DNA of 57,950 bases, taken from IMG/VR virus record IMGVR_UViG_3300029787_000042, positions 1 through 57,950 of that record. One strand, written 5' to 3'. Of this stretch, positions 11,401-22,100 are shown piece by piece (position 1 is the first letter of the stretch; the number at the start of each line of letters is the position of its first letter). This DNA is from a virus (Duplodnaviria; Caudoviricetes). Both the position numbers and the translations under genes were made by a program. The notes beneath the pieces are model-generated. The model did not search any database, had not been told where the DNA came from, and saw only the letters and a list, made by a program, of their open reading frames with translations.

Positions 11401-12764
11401 CGGCTGGATTAGATAGAGATGAAGCTATACAAGCGGTTGCTGACCAACTAGAAATAGATGTAGAAGATTTAACCACTGCTATTGGAAGTGTTGAGACTCA
11501 AGTAAGTGAACTAGAAACTACCATCCTAGACAGGATGAAAGAATACGAAGATGCAGGTATAGATAGAGACGATGCACTTGCACAAGCAATAGATGATGTA
11601 TCTGCCGAGTTAGGAACTACTAAAGATGATTTACTTACTCAGTTAGGAAAAACTGAAGAAAATATACGAGAGGACTTTGAAACTCGTTTTGAAGGTGTTG
11701 AAACCCAAGTTAGCGAGTTAGAAACCACCATCCTAGACAGGATGAAAGAATACGAAGATGCAGGTATAGATAGAGATGATGCACTTGCACAAGCAATAAA
11801 TGATGTATCAGATGATTTAGGCACCACTAAAGACGACTTGCTTACTCAGTTAGGAAAGACTGAAGAGGACATACGAGAAGATTTTAAAGCTCGTTTTGAG
11901 GGTGTTGAAACTCAAGTTAGTGAATTAGAAACTAACATATTAGAAAAATTACAAGAAAACGAAGCTGCGGGTATAGATCGTGATGAAGCTTTATCTAAAG
12001 CTATAGCTGATGTATCTGCTGAATTAGGCACTACAGAAGAAAATTTATTAAATGCATTAGGCACTACAGAAGAGAACCTACTAACTAGATTCGACGAAGG
12101 TTTGGCGGACTTAGGGCTTGATATAGAAACAGTAGCTAATTTTGTAGGTAAACCTGCTAGAGAAGTAACTGATTCAGATATAGATTTTGTAGCTTCTATA
12201 ATTGCAGAACAAGAAGTGCTTACTGACCCTACTTCTTTTGTTCCAACTGACCAACAATTACAGTATGATGTTAACAATGACGGCTTGATTGACATTAACG
12301 ATCAAATTATGCTAGAACAGTCTCTAGCAGGTCAAGATGTTGTGTTTGATCCTGACTCGCAGTTTGCAGCTACAGGATTATATGCATACAATGACGAGAT
12401 AGCTAGACAACAACGGGAACAAGAAACTAAAAGGCAAACTGATTTATTTACAAAAATAGATGAAGATAGAAATAAAGCCAATGCCCAAGCGTTATATAGA
12501 GATATTTTAGGGGCTTCTGATTTAGAAGGACGGACTGTGACTTCAACACCCGCAGCTCCCGCTAGAATAGACTATTTATATGATATAAGTGGTGATAGTA
12601 TATTTGCTACACCTCAACAAGAACAGTTGTTTGCTTCACCTTACGGAAGAAGGGCTGTCCAACAACCTACGCAGCAGCCTGTACAACCTACTAGGTTAGC
12701 AGCAGCAAAAGGTGGACTGCTTAGAAGAAACGATGAACTATTAAGATTACTTGGAGAAGACTAA
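5499..12764 (+). CDS. Giant acidic repeat-rich protein, putative internal virion/ejection protein (2421 aa)
   Basis: Uninterrupted ORF; Gly/Ala hydrophobic segments, D/E/P repeats, helical repeats, two Ca-binding-type loops; lies between nozzle and other ejection genes. Confidence 0.7.
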   Translation: MSGVVKAIKKVGRWIDDNIFQPIKDIGSWINEKIFKPVIKYAEAQIQAILDDPIKAIAQAIAAASGNPAAWLAVVNGVDAAIAGEDIDGILKAAAKGYVQGKAAGYAEELGTKVGTRAGDVFGDVVGDVVSKVVTSGTEQAINAIADGRDPLEAFKMGAISTGVGLTLGKINTELGGKYEELPDVVKNVIQASITDLVINGEVSDLTLARAITNSVITAEAVDEFLDKIGLGDWTPEDATDRMNEGTLGTITSVIQNTVAYAAAGESGSDAFGRTLVNRIVTEAVRSYKDGTLFEDMQDTFDRLSGKYTAARKAAENVDDFATNHVANVEEWNEIGKTIGDAATEVQALEDARDAARDAFSKAMEDAKDAMREGGVPDEDLLETLREAGEAAEAAFNDARATFEDNVTNVWEPRLTELEESFENAEAEYNSLVETYTEALDELNEATIESNEELAPRIASLNEAVATQIAPDADWEFYQEQNGFDTKEEAIQHYLSEGLASNAPTTQAALDYNNKIETQNAQNQIVQDVLDKTLGDGGERFEDMSLADKQNAYKALAEMAEKEGVPIEELDVNNDSQFAGIIDALALNGFLQVTTDSDGNQTITQIISTDPIEINYTDGLTNSDLANGSATLVYNNETGKYDTVFVPQQPKVYNGQIIAQDNNGEFYIEEGLTGEQRRYVDGTTGALYTKDENGVPIPVTNEEGEILNINSGIFLDSDPSEDTDPEAETETFGQFINDNTLGDTLQDLAENSPQDFVDIVNEGNLADTDNPDYTPPSWLLEALQDGANYLAGEGKWEVKNPAADWKRNLYANGVRAFAGMIDSFGGLVDRFNEDDPTKGSLRDFAADMETVGKGALTEGFNDSVTRMREFQEKLKSDRVDDPNTPIEYYEEDVYYENPKTGERVLLYEAGSYKSGDESKGTFWTGMQDVLKTAANHPSAFFGEYIVVEFMQEAAPLVVGGLGTLTAKFGLSAAKTLSPNLAKKLSEEVTESITRKVGLTSAAATDVGESVGANYAQAYEEAYATALKMANQEADILELSGQARENFLAEQEQGMREYALGLAINTSNIAGVATFASLFVGGMAADKLFVGGKVPEQFQGVFDEFVKRISEGGTIFLGEGGTEYFEEGIVTAYLKGQLYLIDPSINVSEEVGAAAMFGALIGSSVAGSAYGFSSTGDFVSNIVLYNNPEARTILDSVGDYDEQGLYDALNDAGLQDTVLINVMNTAYDAEYTSSAEATDAFAGTGLVPTQEDINALVNSGIGSSEGNTDALMDELIEYWTLNFGTEDDTDGDGIPNSEDATPNDPTATQLTPDEYVDYINQQSRNNAGVDVDGNPAPVAIVSYDPETGMYIIDYGPIGIDGDQQFQVLTPEEFFAQYANTLEGIADEGDVDEGDVDEGDVDEENVDEGDVDEENVDEGDVDEENVDEGDTTPPRPYLNNQGYTVTTNPDGTLVITDNEGNTIPPYEGGFDRATTYKPLTLIPHPDIEGKYTLVAADGETLGGTYNEDGTAFKNQRAPWDDNPDGVAPYDPSDNPDIAEDTDPDVDEGDVDPDPVVDPDPDADPVVDPDVDPDPVVDPDPDVDPDVDPDVDPDVDPDVDTEGSEFVTHPELDAALVPILAAIADVLGIGGTLEAAIESVATALGLDIGDVQEAVDDNTTLLEDTKEAVDNLVEAGTARDEAIAAIATQQGLDLAALIKLLETNGEGIVANATALSEIQTDVDDLIEAGTARDEAIAEIAKQQDIDVEALKNLLGDNATAISSIQESVDDLIEAGTARDEAIAAIAEQQGLDVEALTKLLNANAKSITGIQNTLDAMIEDDVARDEAIAAIAEQQGLDVEALTKLLNANAKSITGIQTTLDGMLEGDVSRDEAIASLAAQLGTDVESLTELLNANATSISGIQTTLDGMIEDGVERDEAIADLAAQLGTDVESLTTLLENNANAIADVETAVGLTADAIADAQEDIDTLVAAGLDRDEAIQAVADQLEIDVEDLTTAIGSVETQVSELETTILDRMKEYEDAGIDRDDALAQAIDDVSAELGTTKDDLLTQLGKTEENIREDFETRFEGVETQVSELETTILDRMKEYEDAGIDRDDALAQAINDVSDDLGTTKDDLLTQLGKTEEDIREDFKARFEGVETQVSELETNILEKLQENEAAGIDRDEALSKAIADVSAELGTTEENLLNALGTTEENLLTRFDEGLADLGLDIETVANFVGKPAREVTDSDIDFVASIIAEQEVLTDPTSFVPTDQQLQYDVNNDGLIDINDQIMLEQSLAGQDVVFDPDSQFAATGLYAYNDEIARQQREQETKRQTDLFTKIDEDRNKANAQALYRDILGASDLEGRTVTSTPAAPARIDYLYDISGDSIFATPQQEQLFASPYGRRAVQQPTQQPVQPTRLAAAKGGLLRRNDELLRLLGED
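9651..9782 (+). repeat. 15-bp tandem repeat encoding (DEGDV/DEENV) x ~9
   Basis: GATGAAGGTGATGTT-type units read directly. Confidence 0.95.
10116..10289 (+). repeat. Asp-Pro/Val low-complexity tandem repeat
   Basis: GATCCTGATGTT-type units encoding DPDV/DPDP/DPVV. Confidence 0.95.
10500..12100 (+). repeat. Long coding repeats with about 46-aa then 69-aa period
   Basis: Recurring RD(E/D)A(I/L)A; identical DNA blocks starting 10824 and 10962 (138 nt apart); near-identical blocks at 11521 and 11728 (207 nt apart). Confidence 0.9.
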
Positions 12765-14266
12765 TGAGTTGGTGGGAAACTTTTGTAGAAAATGCGAAAG
12801 CAGTTGGAGGAGATATAGCTGAGTTTGCTAGTTCTGAAAAAGGGATTGCTACACTTGGAGGTTTAGGTCTATCTTATGGCTTAGACAAACTAGGTTTAAC
12901 TACCCCTCAAACGCCTAAAATTGGATACCAAGGCAAAATACCTGAATATCAAGCTGTGCGTGAGCGTGTAGAAACAGATCCAAATCGTAGAGTGGGTGGG
13001 CAAAACCAAAGATATTTTAGTGATATGCAGTATGCAAAACGCCCTGACACTCCTCCACCTAGCGTAGCTGAAGCGCAAGCAAAAGCAAAGGCTCAAGCTG
13101 CTCAATTAGCACAACAAAATTTACCCCCTACAGGCATGGCTATGGGAGGTATTGCATCTGCTAACAAAGGTTATTTTTTAGGAGGTAAGACTGACGGAAT
13201 GGCTGATAAAGTTCCAGCACGTATTGATGGCACACAAGAAGCCCGTCTTAGTGATGGTGAGTTTGTTATACCTGCTGATGTTGTCAGTCATTTAGGTAAT
13301 GGTAACTCTGATGCAGGAGCACAACAATTGCACGGTATGATGAGTAACGTACGTGAAGCACGTACAGGAAACCCTAAACAAGGTAAACAAATAGACCCTA
13401 AGAAGTTTATGCCTAAAAAAGCGGGTGGCCCTATACAAAAATTTCAAGAAGGCGGTGAGACTGATCCTACAGTAGGTAAAGCAGCGGGCACAGAATCTTC
13501 ACTGTCTAACTGGGCAGGTGATTATGTAACTGACATGTTAGGTAAAGGTAAGGCTTTAGGTAGTGAAGCTTACCAAGCGTACCAAGGTCCATTGACAGCA
13601 GGCGCAACTGATTTACAAAACCAAGCATTTTCTGGTATTGGTTCTTTAACTACTCCTGAAAATATGGGTGCGTACACCCCTCAAACGTTTGGCGCAGAGC
13701 AAGCTCAACAATATATGAATCCTTATCTAATGGCTTCTCTTAATCCTCAATTAGATGAAGCTAGACGGCAAGCTGAAATAGACCGTGTGGCTAATGCAGG
13801 TAGAATGACACGGGCGGGCGCATTTGGTGGTTCTCGTCAAGCACTTATGGATATGGAAGGACAACGTAATTTACAAGCTAATTTAGCTAATATAACTGGA
13901 CAAGGCTATGCGCAAGCCTATGACAGGGCGCAACAACAATTTAACACTGAGCAAGGACGTAATATGGAAGCTCAAAATATGGCTAATCAATATGGATTTG
14001 ATGTACTAGGAGGCCAAGCTTCAGCAGGCGCTACTCAACGAGGTATTGCTAGTGAAGGTATAGCGGCGGATAGAGCTGCTTTTGAAGAAGAACGTGACTT
14101 CCCGTACAGACAAGTTCAATACATGCAGTCTCTATTACAAGGATTACCTTTAACAGCACAATCGTATTCTTATACCGAACCTAGTAAATTATCTAAACTT
14201 TTAGGAGGAGCCGCTGCTGGTGGTGGTTTAGCTGATTTATTTGCTGAATATGGAGTAGAAATATGA
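12764..14266 (+). CDS. Putative DNA-ejection/pilot protein with GEFV domain
   Basis: DGMADKVPA...LSDGEFVIPADVV domain; Q-rich YMNPY...GAFGGSRQ region resembling podovirus DNA-transfer proteins. Confidence 0.7.
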   Translation: MSWWETFVENAKAVGGDIAEFASSEKGIATLGGLGLSYGLDKLGLTTPQTPKIGYQGKIPEYQAVRERVETDPNRRVGGQNQRYFSDMQYAKRPDTPPPSVAEAQAKAKAQAAQLAQQNLPPTGMAMGGIASANKGYFLGGKTDGMADKVPARIDGTQEARLSDGEFVIPADVVSHLGNGNSDAGAQQLHGMMSNVREARTGNPKQGKQIDPKKFMPKKAGGPIQKFQEGGETDPTVGKAAGTESSLSNWAGDYVTDMLGKGKALGSEAYQAYQGPLTAGATDLQNQAFSGIGSLTTPENMGAYTPQTFGAEQAQQYMNPYLMASLNPQLDEARRQAEIDRVANAGRMTRAGAFGGSRQALMDMEGQRNLQANLANITGQGYAQAYDRAQQQFNTEQGRNMEAQNMANQYGFDVLGGQASAGATQRGIASEGIAADRAAFEEERDFPYRQVQYMQSLLQGLPLTAQSYSYTEPSKLSKLLGGAAAGGGLADLFAEYGVEI

Positions 14267-16143
14267 TGTTACCACAAGGTCTAGGTACTTTAGATAACCG
14301 AATAAATAGTAAAGCTGACGCTCTTAGAGCTAATCCTAGAGCTATGCAGGGTGTACAACAAAAAGCAAATGCCGCTGCTAGTAAAGGGACAGTACCTCCT
14401 GATTTATTAGAAGTTCTTGCTTTACAAAAAGTAGCTTCTGAAAAAGCTATGGCAAAAAACCAACTTGCGTTATCTATGGAACAAAACCCTGCAACTGTAG
14501 CTGCGCAACTAGAACAAAATGTTATGTCTCTTACTAAAGATGATTTAGTAAAACAAACCGCAGGTATTATGGGCGAAAGAGATAAAAGAAGAAAACAACA
14601 AATGTCTATGGCAAAACCTCCACAACAAGGCAGACCTGCGGGACTACCTTCTGCTCCACGTCCTCCCATGCAAATGGCGGCCAAAGGAGGAATTATTGGT
14701 TATAATATAGGAGGAAAAGTAGATAAGATAAAAGCCTTACTAGCACAACTAGGCCGTAAATTTACTCAGCAAGAAATGGATGATATTGTTCTAGCAAGTG
14801 GAAATAGCCCAGAAATACTGGCTTTTCTAGAACAAAGCCAAGGGTATATTAGCCAAGCAGAAAACGCTCAGATAGATGCGGCGATAGATGCGGCTGCACC
14901 TAAACAAAAAGATACTCTTCCTGCTTCTATGGTTACTGCCCCTACCCCCACACCTAGTGCAGGTATATCTTCTGTTGCTCCTACTAAAACTCCTGTAGAC
15001 ACTACGGAAATGCCTGATGGGACCATTTTATTTAATAACCAACAGATGAGGGCAGCTAGTGCAAAAGCAGGACTACCTAACGCATCGGGATCAACATTAG
15101 GATCAAAAGCAGGGCTACCTCCAATAGGTCAACAAAACCAACAGGGTCAACAAGGCCAAAGTGGATTTAAAGTGCTAGGTAAAAAAGGAGCTGGAGGTCT
15201 AAGTTTAGACAGTGTTATGGGTAAAGACGGAGCAGGCTTGGCCGCAGTAGCTCCAAAAGATGTAAGCTCTACAAGAGTTAGTGATACTTTAGATCCTGCG
15301 GTTAAAGAAAACATAAACAAAGGTATAGCCTTAGATCCTGATAAAGGTAGAAAAGATGCCCAACGTGAATTTGATACTCGTTATGACGTTGAAGGTAATA
15401 AGAAAAGACGTGAGGCTAACTTAAAAGAACTTAGAGATATAACTGAAAGTGATTTTGACCCTAAAAAACGTAGGGATAGAAGGTTAAGTGCATTTTTACG
15501 TGGTGTTGCTAGAGGTGGCGCAGGACTAGGGTATGGAGCTGACGCTTTAGCAAGAGAAGAAGATAAGCAAAGAAAAGAACTTTATGATCGCAAAACAAAA
15601 GAACTTAATATTGATGACGCTAACATGAAAGCTACAGTAGTTGATTTAAAAGACTCAGATAATCAATCAGCCAAAATATATGAGGCTTTAGTTAAAGATA
15701 AACGTGATGCATTAGGGCTAGCTATTACTTTAGGTACATCTGATTTACAAGCTTACGATAGAGAATACCAACAAATAATAACTGCAAACAACAATGCAAT
15801 TAAAAATAAGTTAGAAGCTATTAAGATAAAAGGTAGCCAAGACTATAATAAAATACAAGCTGGAATAAAAGGTGAAATGTCTAGGACTAATACGCTGTCT
15901 ATTTATAACAAAATAGGTGAGTCTTTAGAAAAACAAGAGCAAGAAATAAGAAGAATATTTTTAGAAGAAGGAGGCGTGAGGCTAACGACTGCTATTAGTG
16001 CTGTAGACGGTGGAGGTAACGTAACAGATGAACAAGCAGAACTTGTTGCCTCATACAAAGCTAAAGTTAGAAACGCTCTGTTAGATGCAGGTATTGAAGA
16101 GAAAAGAAAAAGATTAATGGCTGATTATGAGGCTCTAAAGTAA
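14263..16143 (+). CDS. Putative internal virion/ejection protein
   Basis: 626 aa; Q/P-rich linkers and helical C-terminus; located in the ejection cluster. Confidence 0.65.
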   Translation: MMLPQGLGTLDNRINSKADALRANPRAMQGVQQKANAAASKGTVPPDLLEVLALQKVASEKAMAKNQLALSMEQNPATVAAQLEQNVMSLTKDDLVKQTAGIMGERDKRRKQQMSMAKPPQQGRPAGLPSAPRPPMQMAAKGGIIGYNIGGKVDKIKALLAQLGRKFTQQEMDDIVLASGNSPEILAFLEQSQGYISQAENAQIDAAIDAAAPKQKDTLPASMVTAPTPTPSAGISSVAPTKTPVDTTEMPDGTILFNNQQMRAASAKAGLPNASGSTLGSKAGLPPIGQQNQQGQQGQSGFKVLGKKGAGGLSLDSVMGKDGAGLAAVAPKDVSSTRVSDTLDPAVKENINKGIALDPDKGRKDAQREFDTRYDVEGNKKRREANLKELRDITESDFDPKKRRDRRLSAFLRGVARGGAGLGYGADALAREEDKQRKELYDRKTKELNIDDANMKATVVDLKDSDNQSAKIYEALVKDKRDALGLAITLGTSDLQAYDREYQQIITANNNAIKNKLEAIKIKGSQDYNKIQAGIKGEMSRTNTLSIYNKIGESLEKQEQEIRRIFLEEGGVRLTTAISAVDGGGNVTDEQAELVASYKAKVRNALLDAGIEEKRKRLMADYEALK

Positions 16144-16145
16144 TA

Positions 16146-19100
16146 ATGGCCTTATATGAAGTACAGGGGCCAGATGGCGTTGTGTACGAAGTAGAGGGAC
16201 CAGAAGGCGCTTCAGATTCACAGCTTATAAATGCCCTACAAATGCATCTTGGTAGTACATCCGTGTCTCCTGTACCCACGCCTGTCTCCTCCCCTACTAG
16301 TAAACGAAAGACCTTTGAAGAACTTAAACAAGAAGAGTTAGACAAAATAAGGTCAAGAAGAATAATTGAACCTGAAGACACCGGATTTTTTGAAAACTTA
16401 GCTCTTGGTACAGGTGCAGGTTTTGTCGGTACAGGAGAAAGCATAGCATTAGGTGCAGCTACTGTCTTAGAGGAAGAGGCGGAGACAGAGGCCCGTAAAA
16501 AAATACAAGAGGCGTTTGAACAATATACTCCAGAAGGTGGAGATAAAGATTCTTTTGCCTATGGACTTGGAAGTGCGCTAGGATCTATAGGAGGTTTTGG
16601 TCTTGGCTCCGCAGCAATTGCAGGTACGGCAGGGTTAGCGGGATTGTCTGCCCCCGCAGCGGCGGTTGCAGGTGGTCTTGGTGTAGCAGCATTAGGCGTA
16701 GGTGCTTCTAGAGGCGAACAAAGTGAACGTGCGCGAGCCGCAGGAGCCTCTGTAGAAGAACGAGAAGATGCAGTAAACTCAGTGCTTATAAACATAGCAG
16801 GAGCCTCAGAAGCAATACCTTTAACACGATTGTTTAGAACTGTAGACATACCTATGTTAGGTAAAGTCATAGACAACATTGGTCCTAAAAAAACTGAAGG
16901 TATAGGGGCTACACTATATAACGCAGGGCTAACAGGTGGTATAGAAGGCATTCAAGAAGTAGGTCAACAAATAGCGCAAAATTTAACTGAACAAGAATAC
17001 AATGCCCTTGCTAAAACCTTTGAAGGCACAGGAGAGTCTTTTACTTATGCTTCTATTGCCGCAGGTTTACTTGACTTATTCTTTGGTAGAAGAAAACGAG
17101 CTGACATAACTAGAGATGACGCAAGTACAGATCCTTTAAGTTCTTTTACTAAAGATGAAGACATTGAAGGGCTATTACCTGCGCCATCTGATGATATATT
17201 AGTAAGTCCTACTGGAGAAGCCTTTACACGCGAACAAGAAGAAGAAGTTAGAAGATCGCAAGAAAGATCCAGAAGAGAACAAGAAGCAGAAGATGAAATA
17301 ACATTAGGAGACATGCCTAGTGCCGCAGTGCGCATACCTAGAGAACAACGCGATTTATTTCCCGAAGAACTAGAACAAGCAGAAAGAACAAGCCCTACTG
17401 AAATTAGTGATGTTGAAATAGCTGACGCTATGGCGGAACGTGCTGCTGAAGAAGAAAGAACAAGACGTATAGAAGACGATGATCAGATAAAAGAACAACC
17501 TGACGTAATAGACGAGGTTAGATACTCTGATTTTCAAGATCGTACAATAGCAGAAAGAACCGCTGCTGAAGATATTGAATTAGCAGAAATGCAACGTCAA
17601 GAGGATGCGGCTAAAGAAGCTGACGATTTAGAAATACAACGCATGGTTATTGCTGATGAAGATAAGGCAGGTTTGCAAGATATAGAAGCGCAAATAAAAG
17701 AACGTAGACCAAGTGACCCGCAACAACCTGCACTTAAAGATGTACAAAGAAAACAAAGAACTAGACGTAGACCTCAAACATTAGCTGACACCGTTGCTGA
17801 ACCTAGGACATTAGACAGTGCGCCTGAAATAGCAGACGTAGGAAAGATATTAAAAGATGCTAACATATCAGAAGCAACGCAAGCCCTAATACCTGACTCT
17901 TTAAAAACTAAACCTAAACAAAGACTCAACGCAACTGATACTGGAGACGTTTTTACACCGCCCCGGAAAACTCCAAAGAAAGCTACTACACCTAAACAAG
18001 TTAAGACTGAAGTAGAAGCTCCTGTTGATATTAGTTCTGACATAAGGGGAAGTATAGAGTTTCCCACTGCCGTACCTCGTGGCGCAGAGTTTACTAACCC
18101 TAATGATGTGACAGCTATAAATACATTACTTAATAAGAAAATACCTCGTGATGAAAAAGGCGTTGAACAAACTGCCCAAACATACCTTAAAAGATTTAAA
18201 CGCCCTGCTGACGCTTTTACAGCTATAGCTTTTGAAATTGCAGAAAACACACCTAAGTTTAGAGCACAAAAAGACACTCCTACTTCTGAAAAAGCTAAGT
18301 TTGCTGGTACAGGTGGCTTTAATACTAAGGCTACATTGCAGTGGATAGAAAATAATTTAAGTCCTGACGCTAAAACTGAAATAGATAGACGTATTGTAGA
18401 ACAACAAAAAGAATCAACTAAAGTAGAAAAAGATGTTACAACGCGAGCTAAACAAGAACAAGAAGGTACTAAGATAAAACAACGTGATACTAAAACTGCT
18501 ATAGCAGTAGACAGTGCTACAGATGGTAAAGCAAAAGTTGTTGGTACGTCCAAACCTAAAAAGAAAGCTGAAAGAGTAGTTAAAGAAACTCCTAGAGCAG
18601 AGAGAAAACTAAGTAAAGAAGAGCAAGAATTAGCGCGTGTAGCTGAGATAGTAGAAAGGGTACAGGGTAAAAGAGGTAAAAATGCAAAGCCTGCATTAGA
18701 TAGAACCATGCCCCCTGCAAAGCTAAAAGAAAAGCTTGCTACGGATACACAAAAGTTTTTGGATGCAGGGGGAGAGATAGACGTACTTAATTTAAAAGTT
18801 ACTCCCGAAACCATTGTGGAGTTAGACTCAGACATACCTAAATCAGTAATAACTTTATTACGTAGTGGAGATATTAAAGGCGCTTTAGAAGAATTAGCTA
18901 AAGTGTCCACAGACAAACGTGTTAAGCAAATAGCTAAAGCACTAGCGAATAACATGGGTACAACTAAGATTAAAATAGGTAAGTTGGGAGAGGACACATT
19001 AGGACAGTTTGACCCTAAGAATAATACTATAACCCTAGATTCTACTAATGGTATGACTATTCATACCTTACTGCATGAGGCTACTCACGCGGCTACTATG

Positions 19101-22100
19101 TCTGTGTTATCTAACAAAGGTCACCCTGTCACTAAACAACTACAGAAGCTATACGACTCGGTATTACCTTTACTTGATACTACTTATGGAGCTACAAATT
19201 TAGAAGAGTTTGTAGCGGAGGTGTTTAGTAACCCTACTTTTCAGCATAGGTTGTCTCAAATAACTACTAAAGGCGAGTCTATATCAGCGTTACAAAAGTT
19301 TTTACGTGTTATAACTAACTTTATTCGTAGCCTTATAGGCATGGATACTAAACCTGTAGATTCTGCATTGGATTCCGCTGATGCATCAATAGAAGCTATA
19401 TTATACCCATCTCCTGAAACTCGTAACATAGGCGCATTTTATAACCTTACTCCTAAAGGAATACAGAAAATATTAGATAAGGTGGTAGAAGGAGGAAGAT
19501 CTTTAAGTAAAAATATAAAAGAACGTAAAGAACTTAGTGCTTCAGGAAAAAGAAGTTTTTTTAATCAGTTTTTAGATTTTTTAAGTGGTACGTCTCCTGA
19601 CATAGCTAAAAACCTACTATTAGGTTTTAGTAATACCTTGGTATTAGGGGAAGTAGCAAGAGAAGCAGGGTTTAAAAATTTAGTTATAGATATGCATGAA
19701 GCATTTCTTAGGGGTAGAAGGCGCATTGCCAAAAGTAATGAGGAAGTATACAAACTTCTAGAGAAGGTAGATGGACTACTAGCCTCAGAAAACAAACTTA
19801 AAGGACTGCTAAATAAAATAGCTTTAAGCACTGAGTATGGAGCTACTATATATCAAGTAGACCCTAGACTAACGGAAACTGAAGCTACAAAACGTTATGG
19901 TAAAGACCCAGAAAAAATGCGTGTGTGGAAAGCACAACGTGGAGATTGGAACGCTTTAGGTGAAAAAGGGCAAGAAGCTTACATATTATTACAAGAACAC
20001 TACAAAAAGAAGTATGAAGAACTTAAAGCCACTATTAATGGCGAGCTAGAGAACTTAATGCTTGCATCTGAAAGTAAAGATAGCACTCCTACCGAACAAC
20101 AAAAAGCCAACGTTAAGGCTGCGACAGATTCATTAAAGACGCAAGTTTACAATAAGTTATTTGAGTCGGCAGAGTTAGAAGTATACTTTCCTTTAGTGCG
20201 TGAAGGCGACTACAAGCTATCCTATAGGGTCAAAGAACCTGCGATTAAAGGTGGTACTGATTACGTAGTGTTAATGTTCGGATCTGAGAAAGAACGTAAA
20301 GTAGCAGAAGCGGCACTTAAAAAAGAATCTAATGTAATAAATTCTAGTATAGAGAAACAAGACCCTGAAACCCAATTATATAAGGCTTTTGACAAAGCTC
20401 CTTCTAGTTCTTTTGTAGCCCAAACGCTGCAAATACTAAATGCTAACAACATAAGTAAAGACACGCAAAGCCAAGTATTAAAATTATTTGTTGAGTCTTT
20501 ACCTCAAACATCTTTTGCTAAGTCTTTACAAAAACGTCAGAATATTGAAGGGTTTATACCTGATGTGTTTGATGGTGTGCGTATAAAAGGAATTTCTTTA
20601 GGACACCAAATAGCTCGTTTACAAACGAACAATGAATTAAAGCGTATATACCAAAGTATAGAAGATACCGCTTGGCAAGAAAGTAATCCTGTACCGGAAA
20701 AGGAATTTAATAGATTGAAGCTTGAAGTTGGTAGGCGTGTAAACTTTGCTATCATGGGAGCTAAAAACAAAAACATAGAAAATTATGCTAGGTTGGCTAA
20801 TCAAATAGCTTTCTTATATACAATAGCTACTAACCCCTCATCCGCAATAATCCAAACTGCTCAAGTGCCCATGATAGTATACCCGTTGTTGGGCGCTAGG
20901 TATGGGTATGGTAAGGCAGAAGAGGCGGTACGTGAAGGCGCAAGACTAGCTATGGGATCTGCGGATTATATATCTCCTAAGATGGATGATAACTATAATG
21001 TTAGCGACACAGGTGAATTTACTGTAAAGAAAGAAGTTATAGAAAAAATTAGAAAAGCCTTTAAGGGCAGACCTAAAAAAGCAGATAGAATAATAGCAGA
21101 GATAGAAAACTTAATTCCTTTAGTAAAAGCTTCTTTAGAGTATTCTGCGTTACATAGAGGGTACGTGGCTGACCAGTTAAATTTAGATGAATATGTCAGT
21201 AAACCTTCTCCTAAGGGGCTAGCTTTAAAAGAAAGAGGTGAAAGTACTTTAAATTACATAACTTCTAAAGGAGCTATACCTTTTACTGCGGCGGACAAAT
21301 TTAATAGGCAAACCACATTAATAGCTACATACAATTTAGTATTAAAAGATATGAACGATAGCAAAGCCGCAGGGAAAAAATACTATAGTCATAGAGAAGG
21401 AAAGATGATGACTGTCCCTGCGACTAGAAGTGAAGCTATGCGGCAAGCGGCTAGGGATGCTAACCATTTTGCGGACAGGTCAAACGGAGGAACTGTTATA
21501 GAAACAGGGGCAAGGTATGCCCAACAAGATCTTAGACGTGTAGCTATGATGTATAAAAACTACGGTTTAGCCATGAACTACCTAATGATACGTTCTATAT
21601 TTAGGTCTTTAGATGGGCAGGTTGACGCTAAAGCTAGACGAGTAGCGGCAAAACAAATATTAGGAATAACTTTAGCTTCTATATTCTTTGCAGGCGTAAG
21701 AGGCGCTCCTTTTATTGGAATGGCTATACTTATAGCAGACCAATTCTTAGAACCTGATGAGGAAGATGCCGAAACGATAATGCGTAAGACTTTAGGAGAG
21801 ATGGCTTATAAAGGGCCAGTGTCTTATATAACAGGTGTGGATGTTAGTACAAGGTTAAAGTTAAATGATTTATTTATACAAGAGAACAGATTTTCTCAAG
21901 ATGATTCTTTAGAAGAGCAAGCATTTCGGTATGTGGGTGGCCCTGCGTGGAGTACAGCTAAAAGATTTTACCGAGCAGGTCAAGATGCTCGTGCTGGAAA
22001 CTATGTAAGAGCTATAGAAGGAACAGTTCCTCAAGGCATAACTAATCTAGTAACTGTATTTAGACAACGCTTCTTAGAAGATGGAATGAAGACTAGAAGA

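Noticed and set aside
17774-18997. 407-aa antisense ORF and many similar S/L/A-rich antisense ORFs across the window
   Set aside because: They lie opposite well-supported genes and look like codon-bias shadows with no recognisable motifs
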